Assembly: GCA_965214605.1 (NCBI GenBank)
Contig: OZ243961.1
Span: 2,272,001-2,336,000 of the forward strand
Reading direction: 5' to 3'
DNA from: an uncultured Candidatus Binatia bacterium
GTDB lineage: Bacteria; Desulfobacterota; Binatia; Bin18
DNA length: 64,000 bases
Each line of letters begins with the position of its first letter. The stretch's first letter is position 1. The position numbers were made by a program, and so were the translations under genes. A model generated the notes under the pieces. That model was not told the origin of the DNA. It did no database searches and saw only the letters and a program-made list of their open reading frames with translations. Shown piece after piece: positions 29,762 to 39,616 of this stretch.

Positions 29762-32700
29762 GATCTATCCCCGCGTGTACGGGGAACCGCGCTGTAAGGC
29801 GTCTACCAACCCGGTCGGCTGAATCTATCCCCGCGTGTACGGGGGAACCGTCTGACCGGAGACCAGATTGCGCCGGGAAATCGGTCTATCCCCGCGTGTA
29901 CGGGGGAACCTAAGGAACATATAGTGGCAACAAGGCGGGACGGGGTCTATCCCCGCGTGTACGGGGGAACCATTTCATCACCCCGATAGAGGAGTCGAAC
30001 TATGGGTCTATCCCCGCGTGTACGGGGGAACCCTCGTAGTACGCGCGGTAGGCCTCGGTCAGCTGGGTCTATCCCCGCGTGTACGGGGGAACCCTGTCCT
30101 GTTAGCGCTATGAGTCTCTTCTTTAGGGTCTATCCCCGCGTGTACGGGGGAACCGCCCCATCCCTCCTGCTGTGCGGCTTCAATAAAGGTCTATCCCCGC
30201 GTGTACGGGGGAACCAACGCGAGGACAACGGTGACCACTACTATATCAGGTCTATCCCCGCGTGTACGGGGGAACCAAGGCCCCTCTCCGGGTGAATGTC
30301 TGGATCTGCGGTCTATCCCCGCGTGTACGGGGGAACCCACTAACCATCCACACACACCTGGGCTGGATCGGGTCTATCCCCGCGTGTACGGGGGAACCTG
30401 TTGGTTGTTTTTCGTGTTCGCCATGACTCTGGGTCTATCCCCGCGTGTACGGGGGAACCGTCACCGTTCTTCGATTGATTGTTAGTCCTTAGGGTCTATC
30501 CCCGCGTGTACGGGGGAACCGTATCGGACACCTCAACAGTCAGATCATAAAGAGGTCTATCCCCGCGTGTACGGGGGAACCCGCACATGGACATAGAGAT
30601 AAGAGCAGTTGCCAGGTCTATCCCCGCGTGTACGGGGGAACCCTTGGAACAGCGAGGAAATAAACAATCTGTCAGGGTCTATCCCCGCGTGTACGGGGGA
30701 ACCCTGCTCACTCCCTGTCCCGCGCTCACTCCCTGGGGTCTATCCCCGCGTGTACGGGGGAACCAGACTCTAAGAGGAACCCGTACTCAGATAGCAAGGT
30801 CTATCCCCGCGTGTACGGGGGAACCGTGTTGACACATCCTCTCCAGGATATACGATATGGTCTATCCCCGCGTGTACGGGGGAACCTCATCTTCTTTTGT
30901 TGGGACATAAAGAAGATAAGGTCTATCCCCGCGTGTACGGGGGAACCTCCTTTCCGGTACTGGAGAGGCCCCCCTAGCGAGGTCTATCCCCGCGTGTACG
31001 GGGGAACCTGGTGGTGTAGTCGCTCTGTAAAAAAATCCCAAGGTCTATCCCCGCGTGTACGGGGGAACCGCCCGGACAGTGCAATCCTGAACATGATCGT
31101 AGGGTCTATCCCCGCGTGTACGGGGGAACCCTGGCCGAGGTGCTCATAATCCTCTCATGATGAGGTCTATCCCCGCGTGTACGGGGGAACCATGCGAGAA
31201 CCATTTATAGCCAAGCGAAAAAGAGGTCTATCCCCGCGTGTACGGGGGAACCCCGGAGGTCGACCGTGAGCTGTTCCTCGAGGGGGGTCTATCCCCGCGT
31301 GTACGGGGGAACCCCAAATCGACATTCCCCCCGGCGGTGAAGCTGAGGTCTATCCCCGCGTGTACGGGGGAACCCAAATAGACGTCGCGTTGGCAGTATT
31401 CCCCAAAGGTCTATCCCCGCGTGTACGGGGGAACCTTGGGCATACGACGCACCGAACACCCGGTATTCGGTCTATCCCCGCGTGTACGGGGGAACCCGAT
31501 ATATCGTCGAAACGATCGGTTCTTCGAGGGGTCTATCCCCGCGTGTACGGGGGAACCTCCCGCCGTTGGTGGAGCTGCCGCCCCGCATGAGGTCTATCCC
31601 CGCGTGTACGGGGGAACCTCTGTAGCCCTCTTCGAATAGCTCCTTTTCAAAGGTCTATCCCCGCGTGTACGGGGGAACCTCGAAAAACAAGAGCCAGCTT
31701 TTTAAAGATCTGGGTCTATCCCCGCGTGTACGGGGGAACCGGCCAGGCGGGCAGGCGGGCAGGCTGTGTCAAAGGTCTATCCCCGCGTGTACGGGGGAAC
31801 CCTGGCCGAGGTGCTCATAATCCTCTCATGATGAGGTCTATCCCCGCGTGTACGGGGGAACCCCAGCGCGACAAGCCTTTTTTTCAACTGAATAGGGTCT
31901 ATCCCCGCGTGTACGGGGGAACCCGACACGGTTCAACTTGACTTCGGTCTACATGTGGTCTATCCCCGCGTGTACGGGGGAACCTTTATCAACAGGAAGC
32001 GATTTTACGGCATTAGCGGTCTATCCCCGCGTGTACGGGGGAACCCGGCCGCTCGGGGTCCTGAAAAAACGCAGGCAAGGTCTATCCCCGCGTGTACGGG
32101 GGAACCAGTGCGGGGCTCCCCTTGGCGGTGGAGGTGACGGGTCTATCCCCGCGTGTACGGGGGAACCTCCAGGATGGGATCCGAGATAGATCTGATCTGG
32201 GGTCTATCCCCGCGTGTACGGGGGAACCGGATTATGCGCTGAACACGCCAGACGCTACACCGGTCTATCCCCGCGTGTACGGGGGAACCACTCAAACATA
32301 GAAGCCTTCTCATGAACATCCAGGTCTATCCCCGCGTGTACGGGGGAACCTTTGTAAAGATTTTTATGAGGGGAGAAATAAACGGTCTATCCCCGCGTGT
32401 ACGGGGGAACCTTGCTGGTGTCCAGGCGAATCGGTGCGCCGTCAGGTCTATCCCCGCGTGTACGGGGGAACCCGCTTCAACCCGGACCGTAAAGGGCCGG
32501 AGTTGGGTCTATCCCCGCGTGTACGGGGGAACCCAATATCGACCCCCTCGGCAGTCGTGTCAAAGGGGTCTATCCCCGCGTGTACGGGGGAACCCTGGAA
32601 AGTGCAGACCAAGGCAGGAACCAGGCAGGTCTATCCCCGCGTGTACGGGGGAACCTCGTGCCTGAGATAGGCCAGGATCTCGTCCCGGGGTCTATCCCCG

Positions 32701-35667
32701 CGTGTACGGGGGAACCGGCGGCAGTGAGTTTGACCCGCGTGAGGGGGAGGGTCTATCCCCGCGTGTACGGGGGAACCCAGATGTTATCGCCTTTTGTTCC
32801 TGTTCCCACGGGTCTATCCCCGCGTGTACGGGGGAACCGCCATCGCTGCGGGGCAAAACCGGGCCTTCAGCGGTCTATCCCCGCGTGTACGGGGGAACCG
32901 CAAAATGACTTTCCACCTCACGGGATGGGAGCGGTCTATCCCCGCGTGTACGGGGGAACCGCCTACAACGGCCACACGCGCACTTTTCTCACGGGTCTAT
33001 CCCCGCGTGTACGGGGGAACCGGCGGGAGTTTGCGGGTTGTTTTAGGCATCTGAGGTCTATCCCCGCGTGTACGGGGGAACCAACTGCTGCTGGTCGTGA
33101 TACCGCTCATGGCAAGGTCTATCCCCGCGTGTACGGGGGAACCATATCGGTGGAGCTCCTGGAGCTTTTCATACGAGGTCTATCCCCGCGTGTACGGGGG
33201 AACCGATCCCCCTCGATTTGGATACCGAAATATCGACGGTCTATCCCCGCGTGTACGGGGGAACCTGTGTCACCACCCCGTCTTCCGGGGTCAAAATAGG
33301 TCTATCCCCGCGTGTACGGGGGAACCGTGGACCTGCGGGTCCACAGTGCCGAGCGCGGCGGTCTATCCCCGCGTGTACGGGGGAACCGTCACGGCAGGCG
33401 GCGCGGCCTACCCGGCGCGCGGTCTATCCCCGCGTGTACGGGGGAACCCGTGACCCACTCGTCGCTGTGTCCACGGATCAAGGTCTATCCCCGCGTGTAC
33501 GGGGGAACCATGTTTTTCCGCTTTTCCCCGGACCATATTTGCGGTCTATCCCCGCGTGTACGGGGGAACCTGTTTTGTCCCGGACCATATTTGCTCACGC
33601 AGGGGTCTATCCCCGCGTGTACGGGGGAACCCTTGTGTCGCAAGAGCTTAAGCAGTCTATTGCAGGTCTATCCCCGCGTGTACGGGGGAACCGTCCATGC
33701 CGTGCAAGTAATGCGGAGTCCGTAAGGTCTATCCCCGCGTGTACGGGGGAACCCTGGTGGGTGGACGTAGGGGTCTAGCGGCCTCCGGTCTATCCCCGCG
33801 TGTACGGGGGAACCGACTGGACCCCAGAGGAGAAGGCCAAGGTCCGCGGTCTATCCCCGCGTGTACGGGGGAACCCTGGACGGCCGTGGGGCTGGACGGC
33901 CGTGGGGCGGTCTATCCCCGCGTGTACGGGGGAACCCGGGCGGGGATCGTCAGCAGGAAGCTTAGTCTGGGTCTATCCCCGCGTGTACGGGGGAACCGAG
34001 GTCGCGGTGAGCGACGTCCCCTGGAGGCGGGGTCTATCCCCGCGTGTACGGGGGAACCGAAATGACCGGGCGTTGAAGGCCCGGACGTCGGGGTCTATCC
34101 CCGCGTGTACGGGGGAACCCCTCTTTGCGCCACACGTTACTCTATAAAGGCAGGTCTATCCCCGCGTGTACGGGGGAACCGCCGGCGCGGGCGGCTATAC
34201 GCCCGAGGAGGCGGGTCTATCCCCGCGTGTACGGGGGAACCTTCGCCAGGGCTTGGTTGACGAACAGCAGCGTGGGTCTATCCCCGCGTGTACGGGGGAA
34301 CCGTCGGGCGGGACGATCCCCAACTCGCGGAGGTAGGTCTATCCCCGCGTGTACGGGGGAACCCGTCTAGCTGCGTGCGGCCGGTATAGCTCAAGCGGTC
34401 TATCCCCGCGTGTACGGGGGAACCGGCACTTAGCATAGAAAACGACACGCGTCATACATCCCCGCGTGTCATAGAAGGTAGGTCTATCCCCGCGTGTACG
34501 GGGGAACCTCTGGTGTCGATATGCGCACGATTGCGAAATCGGGTCTATCCCCGCGTGTACGGGGGAACCTATATACGCTGCTCTGTCCCCCGCGTCAACC
34601 CCGGTCTATCCCCGCGTGTACGGGGGAACCTTCGGGTTGTAGAACAACGTAGTGTAATCCTTCGGTCTATCCCCGCGTGTACGGGGGAACCCGCTACCGT
34701 CCATGCGTGTCGGCCGCTAAGGGCGGTCTATCCCCGCGTGTACGGGGGAACCTTGGGTACGACGGGGCGCGTCGCCCCGTGCGTGGGTCTATCCCCGCGT
34801 GTACGGGGGAACCCGACTGGTTCCAGCGCGTCAAAGAGCGGCCCGAGGTCTATCCCCGCGTGTACGGGGGAACCCCTGTGCAAGAAAGAATGCCAAAACG
34901 ACATCAAGGTCTATCCCCGCGTGTACGGGGGAACCCCAGACAGTGGGTCTGGACACGAGGACACATGAGGTCTATCCCCGCGTGTACGGGGGAACCAGCA
35001 TCGGGAGGAGCTCGAGGTCGAGCCGGTCCGGTCTATCCCCGCGTGTACGGGGGAACCGATGCGTCGCCAGGATGGTACAGGACAGAAGAAGGTCTATCCC
35101 CGCGTGTACGGGGGAACCCCCGGCTCACCCTCCCGGCTCCAGCCCGGCTCCGGTCTATCCCCGCGTGTACGGGGGAACCTTGGGTTGTATGGACACCAAG
35201 TGTCAGCAAATAGGTCTATCCCCGCGTGTACGGGGGAACCCAGGAGACTCTATATATGACTCACGCTATTCAGGGTCTATCCCCGCGTGTACGGGGGAAC
35301 CCATGGAGTACATCAAGGAGCATGCATAAAATATGGTCTATCCCCGCGTGTACGGGGGAACCCGGCACTGATCCCACAGCTCTATATAAGAGAAAGGTCT
35401 ATCCCCGCGTGTACGGGGGAACCATTTTATTTGTCTTTTTTTATTCCAAAGGGTAAGGTCTATCCCCGCGTGTACGGGGGAACCATATGAGGTACATCAC
35501 ACCACATGTATAAAGTAGGTCTATCCCCGCGTGTACGGGGGAACCCTATCACGAACTTAGTGCTTTTATTTTTAAAAAGGTCTATCCCCGCGTGTACGGG
35601 GGAACCGGCGCTCTCCAGGACCGCCCCTTTCTTGGGCGGGGTCTATCCCCGCGTGTACGGGGGAACC
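29762..35667 (-). CRISPR. Type I-E CRISPR array: 97 repeats and 96 spacers; repeat GGTTCCCCCGTACACGCGGGGATAGACC (28 nt), 33-nt spacers
   Basis: GGTCTATCCCCGCGTGTACGGGGGAACC recurs on + with a 61-nt period. The degenerate repeats at 29762 and 29822 mark the trailer, and the leader abuts cas2. Repeats were counted by hand. Confidence 0.99.
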
Positions 35668-35743
35668 TCCTGATTTTATTACACTTTTTTCACCCTGTGT
35701 CTACCGTCGCGTGTGTAGAGACGCGATTTAGGTTGTCAAAGAG
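35668..35743 (-). promoter_or_regulatory. CRISPR leader
   Basis: Short, partly AT-rich segment between the cas2 stop and the first intact repeat. Confidence 0.75.
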
Positions 35744-36049
35744 CTAAGTATCCTGACGCGGGCAGATTCGTCTGGAGAGAATGATACCCTCCTGATCCAC
35801 CAACTCGACGGGAGGCGTGCCGAGGACGCGCACGGCTTGCCCACCTGGTTCATGCGAGTCCTGCCACGTCATGATGATAGATCCTCCCCCAAGCTCCAAG
35901 AACCATTCTGAGATCACCGTCCAGATTTGCTTTCGCACACGGGAGGAAAGCGTTGGAGAGGTGTATATTCCGGGAGCGATCTCAAGCATACACGAAGCAA
36001 GAAACCCGCGGATCCGCGGGGCAACATCACGAGTGACTACTACTGTCAT
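35744..36049 (-). CDS. cas2: Cas2, type I-E
   Basis: MTVVVTRDVAPRIRGFLASCMLEIAPGIY. Confidence 0.93.
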   Translation of the reverse strand: MTVVVTRDVAPRIRGFLASCMLEIAPGIYTSPTLSSRVRKQIWTVISEWFLELGGGSIIMTWQDSHEPGGQAVRVLGTPPVELVDQEGIILSRRICPRQDT

Positions 36050-36908
36050 CGTTGTCAATCAACTGAATGATCCGGTCAATCATCTTTGAGATGATTTTCG
36101 TCTGTCTGAATCGTCGCCCGGCCAGCCGTCTGACATGCCGTTCAAGCGGGATATGGCCGTTGGCATAATACTGGCTGACTGCCTCAAAAGCGACCGGGAT
36201 AGTGACTTCGGTTCGGTAGAGGTCTGCTATGTCCAGGCAAAAGGCGATGGAAGCGTCCTCGTGGATAAAGCCCAGCGGGGGCAAGGTTCCGGTTGCTGCT
36301 ACGGCGACAATGGCCGCGGCTTCCGTAGCAGTGGCCGCGTGGTTGATAGCCTGGTTGGGGTCGTCGGCTATTTCCGGGTGCTGACGGTCATAGCGCCGTC
36401 CGTGCCAGTCAATGCCATAGCGCTCAGCCAGCAGTTGGTAGGATTTCTTCATCCGCGCCCCTTCGATACCGCGCATGATGGTGATGTCCTGTTCGGGCAG
36501 GACCTCGCCTAAACGCCAGGCATACATTCGGCGTGCGATCCGTAGCCGCACCCGTCGGTCGTTCCAGAGTTTCGCCTGACGGCGTGCCCTTCGTGAGTCG
36601 TTCGGACCAAAGGGCTGGGCGCTGTACATGCGCACCCCATCTTCTCCAACGGCCACGAGGCCGGTTCCGTGTCGGGCCAGCAGCCGGAAAACGTCGTGGC
36701 TGACGGTCGAGCCAGGCCCGAGCAGGATGAATGAGATGTTCTGAAACGGGATAGCATAATTTCCAGCCTGCATGTCTGCAGATCCTGCGGTGCGAAAACA
36801 CAACGTCCCATCCTCTACAGTAAGATTTCCTCGCGACAGCCACAACAAGCCGTGGCGGTCAGCGTGGGGCACTCGGGCCGCCTCCAGCCCTAATCTGCCT
36901 TTCAGCAA
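36027..36908 (-). CDS. cas1: Cas1, type I-E
   Basis: LLGPGSTVSH, RGIEGAR and LGFIHE...DIADLY motifs. Confidence 0.95.
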   Translation of the reverse strand: MLKGRLGLEAARVPHADRHGLLWLSRGNLTVEDGTLCFRTAGSADMQAGNYAIPFQNISFILLGPGSTVSHDVFRLLARHGTGLVAVGEDGVRMYSAQPFGPNDSRRARRQAKLWNDRRVRLRIARRMYAWRLGEVLPEQDITIMRGIEGARMKKSYQLLAERYGIDWHGRRYDRQHPEIADDPNQAINHAATATEAAAIVAVAATGTLPPLGFIHEDASIAFCLDIADLYRTEVTIPVAFEAVSQYYANGHIPLERHVRRLAGRRFRQTKIISKMIDRIIQLIDNDDSSSHS

Positions 36909-36956
36909 TTTTCTCTCCTGAAGCGCGTCCTATATTGGGGCGGGATAAACGTTGCT

Positions 36957-37688
36957 CTAGTTAGCGGTAACGCCGGCGGGCCGCAGGAGCAGCATCCCAT
37001 ACCCATAGGCGCGGTGCCGTCCAATGCCTTGAGCCAGTAGATTGGCGAAGGCGTCAGCGTCGGTAATGATGAGCGTGCCCCGCATGATCGCGTCTGGCCC
37101 TTCGCTGTAGCGAGCGTGACGCTTGCGCAAGGCACGAGTACGCTGAAAGGAGTACAGGGTGGCGCTTTCCAGCTGGGCGCCGCCCCGTCGTCGGAACTGT
37201 TCCGTTAGCCAATCGGCATAGACCTCCTCACGGCTACGCGGCATTTCTCCCTTTAGATGCTGAACTGCTTCCGATAAAAAAATATCGCATTCCTTGCCCG
37301 GACGGCAAGTGGAGTTGCGGGAGAGGCGCACGATAGGACGCACGCGCGTTTCAAAGCCCAAGCGCTTTCCGACCTGCCACCTTGACGGCATCGGCTTGCT
37401 GTTGAGGCCAGCGGCGGGGATGATAAGGGCTTGTAGCGGGTCGGCGTAGACGCTTGCCGCCTCGCGCAGGGTCTCGGCGTCAGCGCATCCATAACCGTAG
37501 AGGACGCCGCGGGATTGAGCGCGGCCGATTATCAGGCGAAAGGGTTGGGGCGCTGGCTTGCCGAACATTTCCCTGAGAAGGCAGTGCATGGCGTGATCGC
37601 TATCCTGTAAGTCCTTTAAACCCGTCCAGCGTCGGAAGTTTCGCATGTCCATGTCGGCTCGTATCATGTGGAGTAATGCCGTAGTCAT
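36957..37688 (-). CDS. cas6e: Cas6e (Cse3/CasE)
   Basis: C-terminal G-rich loop GIGRHRAYGYGMLLL. Confidence 0.93.
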   Translation of the reverse strand: MTTALLHMIRADMDMRNFRRWTGLKDLQDSDHAMHCLLREMFGKPAPQPFRLIIGRAQSRGVLYGYGCADAETLREAASVYADPLQALIIPAAGLNSKPMPSRWQVGKRLGFETRVRPIVRLSRNSTCRPGKECDIFLSEAVQHLKGEMPRSREEVYADWLTEQFRRRGGAQLESATLYSFQRTRALRKRHARYSEGPDAIMRGTLIITDADAFANLLAQGIGRHRAYGYGMLLLRPAGVTAN

Positions 37689-37697
37689 ACTATCTCC

Positions 37698-38417
37698 TTA
37701 CTTACCCCCTATCATCCCTTCGCACACCAGCCTCCCGCCGCCGTGCAGGCCAGAGAGCCAGTCGCGCCGGTCGGTAAGCATGTAGCTCCGACTGGGGACA
37801 ATCTCTGCTGTGCCTTCAGCGTCAGGCCATAGGAGTTGCCGGGAGGGTGGTTCATTCGACTCATCCGGCTCAGCGGCTAGTAGGGCGGCCAGGGCGGTCT
37901 CGCCGTCGCTGAAACCACCAAACAGGGGCGCTGACGGCAGGCACGATTTACGTCCGATGAACAGCGGACGCGCCGGCTCCTGCAGCGCCTCGGCCAAGTC
38001 ATCCAGTGTCGGCGCGTCCGTTGCCAATGCTAGGCGCATGGCAACGCTGACACGCATATCAGCGAAGTAGTCACGATAGCGCAGATGGGGCGCGTCATAG
38101 GTATTCGGACCGCCGGCTCGGCCTTCGGGCTGTCCGCGTGTAGTCCACGCCTTGTCGCCAGCCCCGAGTTGCGCCGTCTGAAAGTCGGTCAGACGTGCCC
38201 CGCCAGCCGGCTCCCGGTCAATGCGGACGGCGAAAACCAGCCGGTCTTGCAGGCGCTGATGCTGCTCCCGCTCAATGCGCCGCCAGCCTAAGGCATTAGC
38301 GAACAGACCCGTCAGCATGGACGCTGCTGGAAACCGGCGGATGACCCCATAATTATCGATTGCCTCGCCGCCAAAGGCCATGAGGGGGCTTTCCAGGTTC
38401 AGAATCAAGTGCCGCAT
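37698..38417 (-). CDS. cas5e: Cas5e (CasD)
   Basis: PLMAFGG, LFANALG and PLFIGRKSCLPS motifs; normal length with no HNH extension. Confidence 0.93.
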   Translation of the reverse strand: MRHLILNLESPLMAFGGEAIDNYGVIRRFPAASMLTGLFANALGWRRIEREQHQRLQDRLVFAVRIDREPAGGARLTDFQTAQLGAGDKAWTTRGQPEGRAGGPNTYDAPHLRYRDYFADMRVSVAMRLALATDAPTLDDLAEALQEPARPLFIGRKSCLPSAPLFGGFSDGETALAALLAAEPDESNEPPSRQLLWPDAEGTAEIVPSRSYMLTDRRDWLSGLHGGGRLVCEGMIGGK

Positions 38418-38419
38418 GG

Positions 38420-39589
38420 TTAGCCACCGTTACGAACCGCGTCCGCGGCCCAGCTCGCGAGGTCGTCGAGGCAGACGCGCTTGGCGCCGGGGAGCTCGCA
38501 GTCCTCAACTGTCATGACACATCGGTTTTCCCGCGCTCCATATGCGGCGTCCAGCTTGCCCAGATGTGCGGACAGAGAAGCCGTTGCCGCTGCGATCTGG
38601 GCCTGAGCGGGAGTACGGAAGGCGTTAGCCAGGCTGCGCGGCTGGCGTGTGCCAGCCTCAATTAGCATCAGGTCGGCACAGCTATAGGGGGCGGTAGAGC
38701 CCAGCTTTGCCCCAGGCGACACCGTAGCAATAATATGAACCAGATGCTCAAGAACTTTGCCGGTCAACGTTTTGTCCGCATTCTCCCATTCGTTGGCGGC
38801 ACAGCCCTCCAGATTAGAAACCAACCCTGGTACGTCTACAACCACATAGCCGTAAAACAGCCCTGCGGTCAGTTCCATATCGCCGATGTGGGCCGCGCCA
38901 GGGTCTTCATCCTCGCTCTGAAGGTCGTCCACCACCGAGAAATAATCGCTTTCGCTCTCTTCCTGATGCACGGTGAAGGCATGGGCGACATGAATAGCAG
39001 CATCAATGTTCGCGCCGGGGTCAGAAGTCACCATCCGGCCAAACATCGCGCCTTCCAGTCCGCCGGGTAGGCGCGCCTGCTCTCGAAAAGCGCGGAAGTT
39101 GTTGCCCTCGCCTTGGCGCCCCTTGAAAAGCTCATCTGCTGCCTTTTTTGCCGCGTCGGCATTATTGGCATGTTCGGTGCAGATAGCCTCTGCCTTTTTC
39201 CGGAGATACTCCACTTCAGGCAGACCGAGTAGGAGGGGCTGTCGCGCGCTTTCGGACGTCCCACTAGACCCGTACACGCCGACGTTGAAAGCGTTTTCGA
39301 CTGCTTCAAGAACGTCGTCAGCGATGCCGCCGGCCGTGCGTAATGGCTGCATCACCTTTCGCTCAACGACATTCCGGGAGCGTACTGCTTCCTGCGCGCC
39401 GGCAATGTTACGGAGGGAGAATTCATCATCTGCCACCCGCCAGTGTCGCTTGAGACACTGGGACGATATGCGGGTCCGCACCGTGCCGCCAAAGGGCATC
39501 CGCTTAGCGAGGCCGCTGTCATCACGGTTCAGCAGTGCCGCTGGGTAGGAATGCAGGGTGTGGATCTGTAGAAAACGTGCTTTGGTCAT
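38420..39589 (-). CDS. cas7e: Cas7e (Cse4/CasC)
   Basis: LNRDDSGLAKR, RISSQCLKR, FGRM and DYFSVVDD motifs. Confidence 0.95.
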   Translation of the reverse strand: MTKARFLQIHTLHSYPAALLNRDDSGLAKRMPFGGTVRTRISSQCLKRHWRVADDEFSLRNIAGAQEAVRSRNVVERKVMQPLRTAGGIADDVLEAVENAFNVGVYGSSGTSESARQPLLLGLPEVEYLRKKAEAICTEHANNADAAKKAADELFKGRQGEGNNFRAFREQARLPGGLEGAMFGRMVTSDPGANIDAAIHVAHAFTVHQEESESDYFSVVDDLQSEDEDPGAAHIGDMELTAGLFYGYVVVDVPGLVSNLEGCAANEWENADKTLTGKVLEHLVHIIATVSPGAKLGSTAPYSCADLMLIEAGTRQPRSLANAFRTPAQAQIAAATASLSAHLGKLDAAYGARENRCVMTVEDCELPGAKRVCLDDLASWAADAVRNGG

Positions 39590-39616
39590 TGTCAATCTCC
39601 TTGTGCTGGTAGTGCG

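Noticed and set aside
30002-35490. Many + strand ORFs with repeating VYPRVYGGT / GLSPRVRGN / SIPACTGEP
   Set aside because: These are translations of the CRISPR repeat, not proteins.
29762-35667. Self-targeting of main-array spacers within this window
   Set aside because: No match was noticed by eye, but an exhaustive alignment could not be run, so nothing is claimed either way.
37698-38417. Possible Cas5-HNH (or Cas8-HNH) fusion
   Set aside because: Cas5e and Cas8e have normal lengths and no HNH motifs; the nuclease fusion is on Cas11.
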